64,000 bases of DNA, taken from NCBI GenBank assembly GCA_039621445.1, contig CP154954.1, forward strand, positions 10,807,521 through 10,871,520, in the 5' to 3' direction. Position numbers and translations under genes: made by a program. The stretch comes from Euglena gracilis (taxonomy: Eukaryota). Shown here piece after piece: positions 9,758 through 23,945 of the stretch. The notes beneath the pieces are model-generated. The model was not told the DNA's origin and made no database searches. It saw nothing but the letters and a program-made list of their open reading frames with translations. The stretch's first letter is position 1; every line of letters starts with the position of its first letter.

Positions 9758-12700
9758 GATCATCATCATCATCATCATCATTACAGGAATTATGTTTGAG
9801 GGTTATATTTAACCCCCCCCCAATTTGAAGCCCCCCGAGCTACAGTCCCTAGCCGTAAATTGTCCCCCCCCCAAAATTCCCCCCCTGAAATTTGGGAATT
9901 TTCCTGGTTTTGCAAAAGGCTCCGAAACGGGCGAAAACTTCCCCCCCCCCTTCAGCCCCAGAGGAACAGCTAAGGCAGGTGGGTTGGGACTTTTTTTTTG
10001 TACATGCAAGGGCAGCACAGCTTCACCACTTGCATGGCCCCTGGGTCGAGGACTTGGCATCTTTTGGGTTTTTTTTGTCCATTGAACCATCCCCGGCATG
10101 TATCTATCAATAAGACCCACCGTCCTGAACAGAGGTGTTCGGGAATATACCATAACAATCCCACAACATACGGCAAATGAATTCCGAATCCCGGTCGGCT
10201 TCATGGCTTCAAAGAATAGAAGGGACGGGACAAAGTGCCCGAAACGGCCGAAAATTTCCCCCCCTGGTCAAGAGCCCAAAAAACCCTCCCTAGGGGGAAT
10301 TTACGCCCAGGGACTGTATTATTTGGTCGCACCGCAGAACCTTTGTTTCACTTCGGCCAATGGGCGACTGAGGTCGGTCTGGGAACCGAACGGGGTCAAA
10401 AAGAAAGAGTGTGGAAATCGTTACTTATGGTGTAATGGGTGGATGGCCAATGGTCCAAAGATGCCAGAAATCAATTCCTTCCCGGTCAACTCAAACTGCA
10501 AATGAGCCAATTGGGAATGAATTCAAAATAAATTGCTCTGTGCTGCTTGCGTTCTACGTGGGGGTTCCTCCATGGCCGCTGTCGTGAGACCCCTCCCATA
10601 ACCTTACTTGGGCTCTTCTTCGGCCTTTATATATATTTTTTTTGATTTTTTTTTTTGCTGCTGATGTCTAATTCGATGGAACTTTTCGGTGCTTTCCAAA
10701 TTTCAGGTTTGCTTTCCAAGTTTCAGGTTTTAATTTTTTGGTATTCCTAATTTGGTGCTAAAATCCTATTTTGATTTGTCGGTGTTCCTTATTTGAGATT
10801 TGTTTTTGCAATATAAATTTGGTACTTCCTAAAAAATTCAGCCACCCAAGGTGCAGTTTCCACATCTCCCATTACCCCCCCCCCCCCGTGATCCGGCCCA
10901 CATCTGTGCCAACCACCCATATGCCAACGGCGTCAGCACTTTCTTTTCCCAGGATCTACCAGTTCCGGCTTTCTCATGCCAATGGCCTCGGATATTGTCG
11001 TTCTCCGCGACTCCGTTCATTATGGGTCTCTGTGCCCGCCGGGAGACAGCTGTATTTAACTGTCTTTTTTTTCCATATGGGGTTATTTTTTGATTTTTAC
11101 GAATGAAGTCGCTTGACGTAAAGTCATGAATATCTTAAGGGTCGATGCGGGGGGGGGGAGGGAATACAGAAAGTTCTGTGTGCCTTTTTGCTCTTTTCAA
11201 TTTTGACAATTTCCTGTATCTCCCCCTGTTTCTTTATACATTTTTTATTTGCATTTTTTTGGATTCAGACCAAACTTTTTTGCTTTTTTTTGCTTTTTTT
11301 ATATCATTTTTTGACCATCAAATTGCTCAATTTTGGAATTAGCATGCTCCCAAAATTACAGAAGCGTATTCTTGATACGCTTTTTTTGAAACAAGCAGAC
11401 CCGAGGGTTTTGAAGGTACATGTTCTGTCCTCCCTCATTGATTGATGTGCTGTGTGGAACCGAAATCATTTTACACCTAAAACTTACAGTTTCCGGGACC
11501 TTTTGCTATTAATTTTTTTGCACTTTTTGAAAATATTTTGTGTGCTTTTTGTCATGATTTTGCACACTTTTGCCAAAAGTTTTGGATCCTTTTTGAAAAT
11601 GCTTTGAATTTTTTTTTTCAGAGGTTTCAGAGACTCCGTGGTTTGGCAGTTTTTTTGTGCAAGTTTTGGGACTAACCTTTTTTTGTTATTTTTGTTCCCC
11701 TTTTCCTTCAGTGTGCTTTTTTGGAATGCCCATCGGTCCAAACGCCGACATAGGCAGCTCGTTTAAAACGTTGTTCTTTGAAAAAATATTTTTCCAAGAC
11801 TTTTTAAAAAAAACAAAAAAAAACGCCATTGAGAGTCGTGGGCAATTTTTTTTTTTCACTTCAAATACAAGCCTTTTTCCCATCTATGGACCTTGCCAAG
11901 AACAAAATTTGGACGGTTTTAACAAGAAGTTTGACAAAAAGTGATGAAAATTGGGGATGTTGTGTGTGTTTTTTTTTTTGTGATTTTGACCAAAAATTGT
12001 GTGATTTTGAAGCATTTACTGGTGGATTTCGATTTCATTTTTTCGATCAAGGGAAATCTGGTCTCATTGTTTTTTCCCTTTGTTTTTAAGTTGTCCCCCT
12101 TTTTCAAAAAAAAATGATTTCTTTTAAAGAAAACAAAAATGCCAGCTACGCCAGGTTGAATGCTAAACGCGCATCCCATCGAGGGTGTTATCGCTTTTTT
12201 TTGTCTGACCGAGGACAAACTGGAGGACATCTTCTGTAGCAAAAACTGCGCCCTAGATGCATTCTCGCATTTTACGCCAAAATGGCCACTCTGGGGGGGG
12301 ACAGACACTTTGGGGGGGGGGGTTGGCTGGTAAACCAAAAGTTGGCAAATTTTTGTCCACTTTGGGGGTGACACTTTGGGGTGGGGGGTGAGGGTGCTTC
12401 ACGGTCCATTTCCACCGGGTATGACCTCATTTGCATCAGCCATGGGATGGTACCGGTGTGTTCAGAGATTTCACATCCCGTGACTTGTTGAATTTTGAAT
12501 TAAGAGAGGTTTTGCAAAACGTCCCAAAATTTTACGGCCAAGTATGAAAGTCTCTGCAACGGAATCGTCTCAAAGATTTTGGCAAAAGCTCCCAGGCGTT
12601 TTGGCGAAAGAGCCGAAAATTAATGGGAAAAGCGGTCAACAATTTTGGTAGGAAGTCCCAATATTGTGAGTGTTAGGTGCAATGTTTGCACACGTGGCAG

Positions 12701-15700
12701 AGAGTTCTGCCCCAAAGTTATAAAGTTATGTAATAGGGCAGCATGTTGGGGTCAAGAAATATACACCTTTGAAGGCAGATTTCTTTATTTTTTATCTTCT
12801 GGCTTTTATTATTATTGTTAAAATAACCTGGACCCAAACAATTGCCGTGTTCCACTGTATTTTTGTGCATTTCTGTCTTATTTTGCTTTTTTTGCATCCA
12901 TTTTGGTGTAGTCCACGTCACCATCGCATCCATAAAACATTTGTTGACATCTGTGGGCCACGAAGCAATGCTCTGTAAAGTGCTCTGTGAACCCACAGAA
13001 AAAGGAGGTTGAGAATCTTTCGTTACAGAACAAAGTTGAGAAGGTGGCTGAAATGACACTGTTTTGCTATAATGGCTGCCTCCTGACGTCATGCTTGTGC
13101 AGCTCATCTTCCATGTGCCGGTTCTGGGCTCAAGCAGAGGTCGGACAGAACGTTTTTTTTTTTGCTCGCGGATGTTTTGGAAACCTTGTGGGGGGAGAAG
13201 AGCCTGCCTGAAGCTTTTCCTATCTTGGGCGTTTATTTTTATTTTTTTTATTTTGCTGTCCAGCCACCCGAAGGATGGTTGGATTGAACATTTTGGTGAT
13301 GGGACACAAAGCCATGGTTTCAGCATTTGCTCTAATTGAGCGGAAATGGATTCTCTGCTGATGAAAAAGCAACTAAAACTTAAAAATTGCACCTTTGCCC
13401 TCACATCTGCAGAAGCCGGCTTGGTCGGGGGGGGGGAGGGGGCTGTTGTTTGGATTTTGGCAGGAAACTCGAGGGGGTGGGCTTCTAATTGAGGGGGAGG
13501 GTTCTGATCTGCACTGCGTAATTCTGATGGTAAAGGTGGTTCTGGAACAGACTGGAGTTTTGTGCATATCCAAAAACGTGCATGCTTCCAAGAATGAAAC
13601 AAAAGGGCCAACAAATTTGACCAAAAGAAAATCCAAAAAAATCTCCACGAAAACACGTGGACATCGGGAACAAAATTGAAAACTGGCGTCCTTGAAACGT
13701 GGCTGTCCACCCGAAACTCAAAAAAGTTGCGTCTTTGCAATTTTTTAAATTTAAATAAATTTTCGACCCCGTTCAATCCCCCGGATCGCCGCCGGCCGAA
13801 GATTTTTCCATTAGACAAAGGGTGCCCAATCAGAAGCCCCCCCCCTCAGGTTTTCCACAGAATAACCAAATAGTGCCCTGGGGGGCATCTTTTTGGGGTG
13901 GGGTTAGTGACAGACCATGCCCAACCTTTGTCTGTGGCGTTTCATTTGGACGGGGAGGTCGCCAAGCTGGCATTGTTTTGGGCGATCCCCTGGATCTCCA
14001 TCTCCATTCTCCCCGTGGAGAAAATCCCGGGGCTGGAAATCCTGCAGGTGTACTCCCTGCCTGGTTTGCTGGAGGATTCCCCCCAAACGGACTCTCAATT
14101 TCAGGCTGCCGGAGGGGGGTCCTGCAACCCTCGACGTGTGGTGAGTAGACCCCCCTCCTGGTTAGGGGGTTCCCCAGACAGAGTGGTTGGAGGGTTCCCT
14201 GACCTCCTGGGTGGGGGGGGGTGGCAAACCCACCCGCCCTGCTACATCCCTGAATGACACCAATGTGCAGGTGTGGAAAGAGATGATGCATCGTCATCAT
14301 TTGACATGGTGGTGCTCTGAAACAAATCTGATCAAGCAGATCCTTACTTGACTCACCACGGCCAGAAAAATAGTGGAGAAGGGTGAAACAAACGGAGTGC
14401 GTGGTTCAATTTTTTTTTGGAATGAGGGTGGAGAGGGCTTCCCTTCAGGCGGTGGGGGGATTCATAAATGAATGTGGTGGTTGGTGAGCAACACAATCAT
14501 TCGGGGTGCACTGTCACTCAGGAGATCCATCAGGTGGGCAAGTTCATCAACATGATCCTGCTGGGGCTGGAAAAGAATTTGCGTACCTTGCCCCACACAG
14601 CGATGGACGATCTCAAGGGTTCTCATCTTCTGCTGTGGATAAGCCAAATAAAAGAGGAAAGCTATGAGAATCTAAAGAATTGACCCGAATGCCCTGCCTC
14701 CTGCACCTATCGCACTGGTCCATTCCAAAAAGCCCTGATGCACCGGGCTTGACACTGATGGACACATAGAACCAACATGGGGTGATACCTGGGGTGATCA
14801 CAAAGTGCTCTCTTCCCCAAATCTGCACATTGGGTTGCTTTGCAGACAACCCACACACTTGTGCATGTGTGTACACTCACGTGTGTATGTGTGCATGTAT
14901 GTACGTGTGCACGTTTGCATGTGTGTATGTAGGTAAGAATTTATGAATGGATGGATGGATGAATGCATGGATGGATGGGTGGATGGGTGGATGGATGGAT
15001 GGATGGATGGATGGATGGATGGATGGATGCATTCTTCTCAAATAATTCAAGAAAGAAACTTACCCGGAGTGGGAAAATTGGATCGGCCGGTGCTGGCCCC
15101 AGATTGTGCTGGCCTCGTTTGTGTTGTCCGTCATGGCGGCGGTGGGGGAGGAGCTGCTGTTCCGTGGGGCCATCCAGGGCGGGCTGCGACCATGCCGCCT
15201 CCCGAGAACGACCCAGTGGTTCCTGGTTCCTTCTCCGGTGCGCTTTCTGAGTGTGACTCTCCTTGAGCATCATCCCGCCCTCGAAGTCTCACCCTCCAAA
15301 GCCAACCGCAAATAAACCTCCAAATTGTGGATATTATGAACTCCCTCCCCCGAATAACCTTGCAGGCCCTTGCCCCTGGCACTGTGGCAGTGGAGGGGCG
15401 AACCCTGAGGACCAGTGGTTCATTCTGCTTGTTCTGATGTTTCGGCTGGAGGAACCGTTTTTCATTTTTTTTGAAGACACCTATCCTCCCAACAATATAA
15501 TTATTTTCTCCCTGCCCTTCCTCCTCTTGGTCCAGCTTGGATGGGTAACATTACACACCAAGGATGGGTAACATTACACACCAAGGATGGGTAACATTAC
15601 ACACCAAGGATGGGTGACATTTTTCACCCCAGTCCGGGGTCCAGAACATACCATTGCTTAACACCTTTCCCGCCCCACCCCCTGGGGGGGTGACTGACTG

Positions 15701-18130
15701 GTTTTTTCAGAGTGGGTGACTAGTATTCAGGCCAGAGCCCCCCCCGGGCCCAAAAACAAAAAAAACGAAACAGTGGCTGGCCTGGCGCCGGAATTTTTTT
15801 GGATTTTTCGAGACTTTTTGGATATATTGCCTTGCCAACATGAGCACATTCAAGAGTTGTCGATCCCCCCCTGGGGGGGTAAAGTGACTGACTTGTTTTT
15901 TTTGGGAAAAGGTGACTGACTGGTTGTTTTTTCAGAGTGGAAAGTGACCCCCCTCCCCCCCCCCCCGGGGGTCCCTAAGCAATGGTATGGTGCAGAATGG
16001 GCATTATCGAGCAAAGATTTCCTGTTTGGTACCCAGCCAGGACACAAATCCTCATCTCTCGATGCGATTGTGGGTGGAGGCACGCCAAAAAAAAGGCAGC
16101 AACTGGGGGGTTAGGAGCTGGGGACCGGTTAAATAAATGTCTCCCCAAATTTCCTTCAACGCCACGTCGTTCTAACCCCCAATTGTGGAACCTTGGAGGC
16201 CTCTGGGGTGTGCTTTGGCAGCCAGCCACGACAAGGAGTGGGTGGCGGCATGCCGGCAGCAATTGTTGACGTTCCTCGGCGCTAACCCCACCGCCACCGG
16301 AGCTGTTCCACTCCAGTGCCCCCCTGTGGTCGGTTGTCTGGAATGATTTCGAGAAACATGGCGACAAGCTCAATCGCTAAAATGGCCGGGAATATCATAA
16401 CGGTTTGAACTCTTTTCAAAAATGGCCGAGAAATTTTTTCATGTGTGTTGACATATTATTGTGGACATTGCAACGCAGTGTCGCAGCTAGAACGTGTGAA
16501 AGATGGAATAATGCTCCGCCGAACGTTCTGTGCAGCTGACATTTTTTCTTTGTTATTGAAAAGTTCCATCCAGGATGCGAGTGATGTGATTGATGAGGTT
16601 TATCAGTGATCGACAAGAGAACCAAGACAAGACAAGACAAGACAAGACCGTGATGTATTTATTTATGTTTATATCAAAGAATATGATAAAATTTATTTTT
16701 TTCAACATTATCTGTCTGGTCCCAACTGCAACAGGATTCGGCTTCGTCTCAAAAGGAGGTCACTGAGGACCACAGCCACGCACCACCGTTTTTTGCCAGA
16801 AACTTTCGCACAGTGCGACAGAGACAGAGACAGTGGCTCTCCCATACACAACAAGCACTCCCATACTGGGAGGTGCTTTTTTTCAGAGTGACTGGCTTTT
16901 GGCCTGGATCCCCCTCCCCCCTGGGGGTAGTCGGCAAAAACCATAAAGTGACCCGGTGTCGAGTCACTCACCGCCCCCCCCAGGGGGGTTGGCCACCCTG
17001 GAGTCCAAGGGAAAGTTCACCACAAACATGAAAATTCAATAGACATCCAGTACCTTGTTGACTGGCGGGTGTTTGTATGAGTGAAAGTGACCCCCTCCCC
17101 CCGCCCGGGGGGGGGGGGGTTGTAAAAATTGCATGCACTGGCCTCCGCTTGTGGTCAGCAGCCTGCTGTTCGGGATCGTCCACAACTACACCAGCAGCCC
17201 GATCTATGCGGTGCTGGTCACGCACCTATAAAATGACCAAGCGTGACTGGGGTGACCAAGTTTGAGATTTTGGATGACCCTAGGTGCGTGCTGCTGGTCA
17301 CGCTGGGCGGAATGGCGTTCGGTGGGTCCTTCCTGATGACGGACAACCTCGCGGTGCCTATGGTGTCCCATTTCCTGCTCAGGGTGTCCATCTGCCTTGC
17401 AAGGCTTCAGCTTATTTGGTACGCCCATACAACCCAAATTGTTTCTCCTTCTGGCTCACATGCTGTCAAAATTCTTGTGGTAAAGTGTGATTTGTGGTAA
17501 ATTGTAATTTGTGGTAAAGTGTGATTTCAAAGATACATTCGCTTCAATGGGAGAGGAGAGTGATTTGCTTCTATGATGAAGGCTTTAAACGTGTCTTTTC
17601 ATGTAGCATACTGTATTTCTCATAAATTGTGCAATTCTTGCTCCACCCGCCCTTGCCTTAAAAGGAACCCCTGGGACATTTTTTTTTTCAGTATAGATTT
17701 TATAGATCTCAGGCAGAGGAATTGTTTTGGGACCCCAGGAGAGCAGCGCCACGTGCGCAGCCCCAATTGCTACAAATTCGAACAGAGAAATGCCCTTTTC
17801 TCTCCAAGTACGTCACACATTTGTCTTTTGATCCCGGAAGGGTGTTGCCGTCTGCCATTCTGTCTCCACGCTCCTCCTTTCCTGCCCTAAATTCCTGACG
17901 TGGCCTACAATCCGCAACACTGTGAGCTCAGTTTTGTCCCCCCCCCCGACGCCCTGACCCCGGTCAACTTCATCGGCTTCCTCTGGGGCTACGCAGTCGT
18001 CTGCTGGCTGGACTCCCCCGAGGAGCAGTCCCGCACCTGGAACGGCACCGCCCCCCTGATCCGCACTCTGCGCCGGCGGTACCACAAGGAACAGGGCCGG
18101 GCAACCGCCGCGGACGCCCCCGAACCCTGA
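8379..18130 (+). CDS. CPBP-family (CAAX prenyl protease-like / Abi) intramembrane metalloprotease, multi-exon; 5' end unresolved
   Basis: Confident exons ~15100-15187, 16258-16309, 17147-17215, 17296-17376 and 17962-18130 splice in frame to ...[102 protein letters not shown]...PEP*, carrying the EExxxR, FxxxH and HxxxN motifs. Tentative upstream exons at ~8379-8533 and ~10551-10575. Confidence 0.88.
9660..9782. repeat. Compound (ATC)n/(ACC)n microsatellite
   Basis: Directly visible trinucleotide runs. Confidence 0.95.
14943..15029. repeat. (GATG)n microsatellite
   Basis: Directly visible tetranucleotide run. Confidence 0.95.
15188..16257 (+). other. Nonconventional (non-GT-AG) intron
   Basis: Starts gac-catgccgcc and ends ggcggcatg-ccggc (9-bp terminal stem); removal joins GL-Q-QLL in frame. 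Confidence 0.85.
15537..15616. repeat. 24-bp tandem repeat, about 3 copies
   Basis: ggatgggtaacattacacaccaa(g) repeated. Confidence 0.9.
16310..17146 (+). other. Nonconventional intron
   Basis: Starts act-ccagtgc and ends gcactgg-cctcc; in-frame join AVP-LVVSS. Confidence 0.8.
17216..17295 (+). other. 80-nt nonconventional intron
   Basis: Starts ggt-cacgcaccta and ends taggtgcgtg-ctgct (10-bp perfect stem); 12-nt direct repeat tgctggtcacgc at both junctions. Confidence 0.88.
17377..17961 (+). other. Nonconventional intron
   Basis: Starts gct-cagggtgtc and ends gacgccctg-acccc; removal creates the HFLVN (HxxxN) motif. Confidence 0.88.
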
Positions 18131-21100
18131 TCAGCCTCCGGCGCGCGACCATCGTCCTTCCCGTCCTCCAACCTTCCTCCCCAAATGGCAGTGTCGTGGA
18201 CGATATCCGCACCCGCGGTGCTGCCTTGCGCTTCGATGCACGTTGCGGGCGTTAATGCGTCTCCCGCAAATGGCCACTTTTGAGCGAATCCCATCCCCGA
18301 ACCCTGGAGTCTCACACCTGACCGACCGTTGGGGGCCGGACTCACCTGGCTTTCTGTACACCATCCATGCGGCGATTCGATCCTTTCCATCCAAGTATGT
18401 GGGCCCAACCCCCCCCCCCCTCCTCCTCTTCCTCCTCCTCTCCTCCTCCTCCTCCGCTCCGGACCGTCTGGAGCGGGACAGCCAGCCCCATTCCATTTTC
18501 CAGCCGGAACTCCCAAATAATATTCCTCCCACGCTTCTCACAGACTCCACAGAAAAAAATGGGGTTTTCTGGGAACCATATTCTGTGGAAGATTTGTTAT
18601 GACTTCTTCCATGATCGGGTTGAATATGGATGGGAAAATACCAAATTGCAAAAGAATTGCACCTACCATGAATTTTGATGGTGTTCAACATAGATGCATC
18701 ATTTTGCGTTCAAAATTTTACACCCAAGATTTACGAAAAATGTTGCTAAATACTGTCCCCCCCCCCCCCGAAGGCGGATTTCGGCTGCCCAAATGATATT
18801 CCATTATTTGGGGGGGGGTTAGGGGTAGGCAAGGACAGCCACCGGATCCCACCGGATCCCACCGGATCCCACCGGATCCCACCAGATCCCACCGGGGATT
18901 TTTTGACCATTTGACTAGTGGGTTCCCACCCCACCGGAGATTTTTTTTCCATGCACAGATTTTTCTTCACAGATTCATGGCCCGCGTGAGGAGAATCATT
19001 TCCGAATGTGCAATTTTCACAAATTTCCACCAGTACCCCATCTTCATTTGATTTGCATTCTTTTTTTGTCTGGTTTCCTGCACTTGGGTGGCTGAAAGGG
19101 GACCGCTTCTGGGTACATTTAACCTCGACTTCTCGAAAGCCTTCACTCAGTTTTGCAACCACCAAGCCGGATCCTATCACCCTCGAAGGAAAAGAAATGG
19201 AGAGGTTCATGCATATTCACAGTCGTTGAATTTTTCATGCAAGGTGCCATTTTGAATGGATTTTTTTGAAGCCATGCAAAAAATGATTTCCAGCTTTGAA
19301 GACCTGAGCGAGGCAGTTCACTCTTTTTTACCCAATTTTCATTTCGATCCTTTGTTGCATGTTCGAATCCAAAAACAACAAACAATAATACCATGTTGCA
19401 GGACGTTACCCAGTGGAAATTTTTCGCCTGGTAATCAAAATTTTGTGTAACAACTTTATTCCTGGACTTTTCTGCATTTTATTTCCTTATTTTTTTGATT
19501 AATTAATTCTTCATTTTCACGACTACAGGTTGGGCACAGTTCTGAGGGGTCTAAGGTTCAACTATAGCTTTTTTTTTGTAGTGCTGGCAACCCGTTTGGA
19601 TCTAAATCGCAACATCCGGAAATGTTCAGCAGCCGTCCAGCGGCAAAAAAAATAAATAAATTGTCGATGATCATCGACAATTTCTATTTTTTCCGCCGAT
19701 GACAGGGGCAAGCCATACCATTGCTTTCAGATATCTGGGGAGGGTGTACAAAAAAACCAGTCAGTAACGTTTGAATCAGTCAAGCACTTCCTCGTGGGAT
19801 CTATCAATCAGGTCACTCTGGACTAAATGGTCCAAAATCAAGGGGGTTGGAGCCGGTTGTACGCTTTTGGAGGTTTCTGGCCACCCACAACGCCGGGCCA
19901 TTTTGACCCCAGTGGCCGAAATGACCCCCCCTGTGGAGGTTCAGCCCAGATAGAACTAACAGACTGCTTTCAAAAAGTGACTGCATTTCCTTTGAAAATG
20001 GAAATTGACACCCTTCGGTCACAAGAATTGATTTTGAGGGGTTTGGAGCCCTAAACTTGCCGCACCTATGGGGGGTGCCGTCAGACAAACATTAGGCAAT
20101 GGTTTGGGCAGAGAATAAGACGGAAAAAGCTGAGGGATAAATATCCTAACAACACCCCTGTTGCAGGAGTATACCATTGAGGATTTTTTGAAAAATTTTG
20201 GTCCCGGGGGGGGGGGGGTGGAGACCCAATCCAGCCACTTCAAAAAAAAAAAAACAACAGTCATTCATGCCCCCACACCCCCGGGACGAGTCGGACACAT
20301 ACTGGGCATAACCATGCATGGGGATGGGAGGGAGTTGATGTCGGTGTGAGCTTCGACATCACATTGGTAAAAAAAAAGAACTCCCGGTCGAATCAAGAAT
20401 TTCAGGAGTACCAAAAAAGGACAGGCGTGATCAGGGTTTGGAAAAATGCTCATGTGAAATACACACATGTGTACATGTGCACACACATGCAAACTGAATG
20501 TTGAGAATATATCGTACAGCTGCATTTGCAAATGCAATGAATCATTCCGGATTGTGAAATGGGAGAAGGCAACAACAACAACAACAACAGAGCCATCAAA
20601 ATCTTATTGGCCACCCAAAATTGTATAGTGAGTGGTGGCAATTGACTTTCGAATGTTTCAAACCAATCAAACCCAGGGACCAAGAACTGAAGATCAACGC
20701 AGGCGACGCTGGGGTCAGCTCACAACTGGAAAGTTTGGGCTGGCTGGAAAAAGGCTGCTGGGCGTAAGGCTGTGTGTGGGTTGCAGCCCCTCTGGAGTTG
20801 CTTTTGTTGTCGTTTTGCCACGGCACAGGCCACAGGCATGGATGGTGGTTCCCGGGTTGAAATCCATGAGAGATTCCGCTCAGATCGTCGATCCGCCACA
20901 CCCGTTCTACAACCTAAATAAAAAAAAATATCTGTGTGTGACAAAGAAACGACCTCTTTGAAATATTGCCAAAATGAAATTCATTAAATCTCCGTGTTCC
21001 CTATTGCGCTTTCCTTCTGTAGTAACAAAGGTCGCAGCAACACAAACGATGCACAGGGTCAGTCGCATACAGCAAAAGACCTCGAACAAACAAATAAAAT

Positions 21101-21223
21101 TCGTGTGCGGGGGAGGGGAGACAGCCTTCAGACTGCCAGTGATGTGATTCGAACAGCCACGGCTGCCACGAACCCACCCATTCCATGAGCGACGTCACAG
21201 CGAGTTGCGAGGGGGCTCTCCGC

Positions 21224-23911
21224 TCACGGCACCACAGCATTCAGCACCACGCCGTCCTCCACGAACGCCTTGATGACCCGCACAGCCTCCAGCGCCGTGG
21301 CGTCTGACAGAGGCGCGATGCGAGAGAGCGATGCGGCACCCCTCACGTAGGCTACCACCCCCGACGCGACCATGCACTCGCCTGGCCTCGAAAACATTGT
21401 ACAAAAGTGTGCAAAAATGCGCAGAAATGCACAAAAAAATGCACAAGAATGCGTACTTTTTGAAGAAAAAAAATGCGCAAAATGCTCCAAATTTTGAGAG
21501 AAAATGTGCAAAAATTATATGAAAACGTACGTAAAACCAATATACAATAATTGTATTTTAATTTTAACCAAACAAAAATTTTTAAAAATTTTTTGACCAA
21601 TTAAATTTTTTTAAAAAATTTTAACCAATTTACATTGCATGGAATCATGAGGAAAATTTCAGTTTCAAAATTCTTTAAAATTTGCAAAAAATTGCAAAAG
21701 TGGTAAAAAAAAGCGAAAAAAATTGTAACAATCACGAAAAAATGTGTTTCCAAAAGCAAAAAAAAAATGTGTTTGAAAAAATTGAATTTTTTTTGCACAA
21801 AAAAACGCAAAAATGCGGAAATATGCGAAACACATCCATCTTTGCTGTCACCACACAGGCCCACCAGCGTTGCACCCGGACGACTTGTTAGCAGGCCGGA
21901 CAATTGCAAGAACCCCAACAATTTCCCGGGTTGCGTCTCATAGGCATTTCAATGGATTTTGACCCTGTGCAGTCTGGGGGATCGTCTACTGCATTGCGAC
22001 ACAAATAAACACCAGTCGCGGAATGCCACAAAACACCCACACAATCCTGCTGCGCACAACCAAGAGAACTCACTTTGAAAATGACATAAAACTGGACACA
22101 AACACACACCACATCTACACACCCACGCACCCACACAACACACGCACTGCACATGCAAACGCACACACACACACACGCGCGCGCGCACACACACACACAC
22201 ACAACACACAACACACACACCACACACACACACACATACAACACATAAAGAACACACAATGCGCAAAATGCACAACACACAACCACCCACCTTGATAGAC
22301 ACACAACCCCAATCCACCAGCACCCACACACCCTGGGCCTGCTCAGTGGCGGCCCCGATGTGGTGGGTGATGTACACGTTGGGGTGCTCTGCGAGGGCGG
22401 AGCGGAACTCCCCGGCCCCACCGGCAGGCTCGCCCTGGAACACGTCCAGCCCTGCGCCAGCGGGGGGGTTTGCAACACCCTGAGACGCTGTTTGAAATTG
22501 TTTGAATCTCAGATGCTCTTCACAAACACGTGGACTTAGTTGACGCCGTGTTACCCGCCCCCCTCGTCCGACGGGGTTCCCTCACCCTGTGACCAGGTGG
22601 GGGGGGGGTCGTAACACCCCCATGACCTGCAACCTGTGACCGGGGGGGGTGGTCGTAGGTAAAATGGTCTTAAATTTTTCGCAACCTGCAACCTGTGACC
22701 GGGAGGGATGGTCATAACACCCCCATGACCTGCGACCTGCAACCTGCGACTGGGGGGGGGTGGTCGTAAATGAGGGGTGGTCGAACGACAGGGGGGGGGG
22801 GGGTAGTCTCAGAAATACCCACTGTTAAGGCTTCAAAAAAAGATTGACTTTGGACCTTTGCGCAAATGAACTATTTGAGTGGTTCCTTTGCGTGCAACTG
22901 CACAAAGCACCACTCAAAAAGTCCCAACAATGTCCATCGAGAGGGGGACAGCGCTTTGGACCCCAGGCCACAGCTCTCCCAGTCCCGACTGGTCTTCAAG
23001 AGGCTGCTATTGAGGGCCGCATCCTGGAGATTTCCTGAAGGTGCAATGTCTGACTGGCTCACACACACACCAATGCCCACCCAACCACACGCACACACAC
23101 AACACACACACAACCACACACACACACACACACACACACATGCACATGCGCACACCCACACCCACACACCCAAACACCCACATCCACACCCACACCTACA
23201 ACCCCCACCCCCCCACCCGCCCACACACACTTTGGGATATTTGGCCATCTACAATTTTGGTATGCCAGTCAGGTAATTTTTTTAAGTTGGAAAAAGCTCC
23301 CCCCCAAGGGGGTGGGGGTCCAGAAAGAATCGAACCCGGCTGCCAGTCTGGACCTGGGTGGGACCCGAAAACAGGCAAAAAACCCAAATACAGTTCAGTT
23401 GTCCTTTTTTTGGGCCAAAATTTTGAGGTGAACCCACAAAAAAATACCAAAAATGGCCATTTTTCCAAAAAAAAATTCGGCGCTTTGTACCAAAATTCTT
23501 CCGGGTCCACTCGTCTTCGCTGGGCCCCTTTGTGTGGATGCATGTACGGGATCGAATTAAAATACCTGTATTATTAAAAAATAAAAAAGAAATTTAATTA
23601 AAAAAATATAAATAATTTTTGGCCCGAAAAATCCACAACGTAAGAAGACGGAGACCGGCTCGGATGCCCTTCTCCCGCAGGGCCCACAGCAGGGCTTCCT
23701 CGTCCACCACGGAGCCCCGCGTCGTGTTCAGGAAGAGGGCCCCCGGCCGCAACGCCCGGAAGAAGTCCCAGCCCGCCAGCCCCGCCGTCTCCGTGTTGGG
23801 CGGCACAGCCCGGCCCGCACGGCCTCCGCGACGGCGGCCAACCCGGTTGGCTGCCCAGCGGCCTACCCGGAGCCGTGAGCGTGAAAAGCTGCAAATCGAT
23901 GGACTTTGGCG

Positions 23912-23945
<34 letters not shown>

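Noticed and set aside
9377-9812. Poly-M/V/T/I ORFs and similar CV/HT-repeat ORFs elsewhere
   Set aside because: Translations of microsatellites.
12718-13818. Longest ORF in the track (366 aa, -)
   Set aside because: No motif, biased composition, crosses homopolymers and lies antisense within an intron of the CPBP gene.
13900-14660. Coding-looking patches (e.g. [21 protein letters not shown]...)
   Set aside because: Could not be joined to the CPBP frame or assigned to a family; possibly decayed element sequence.
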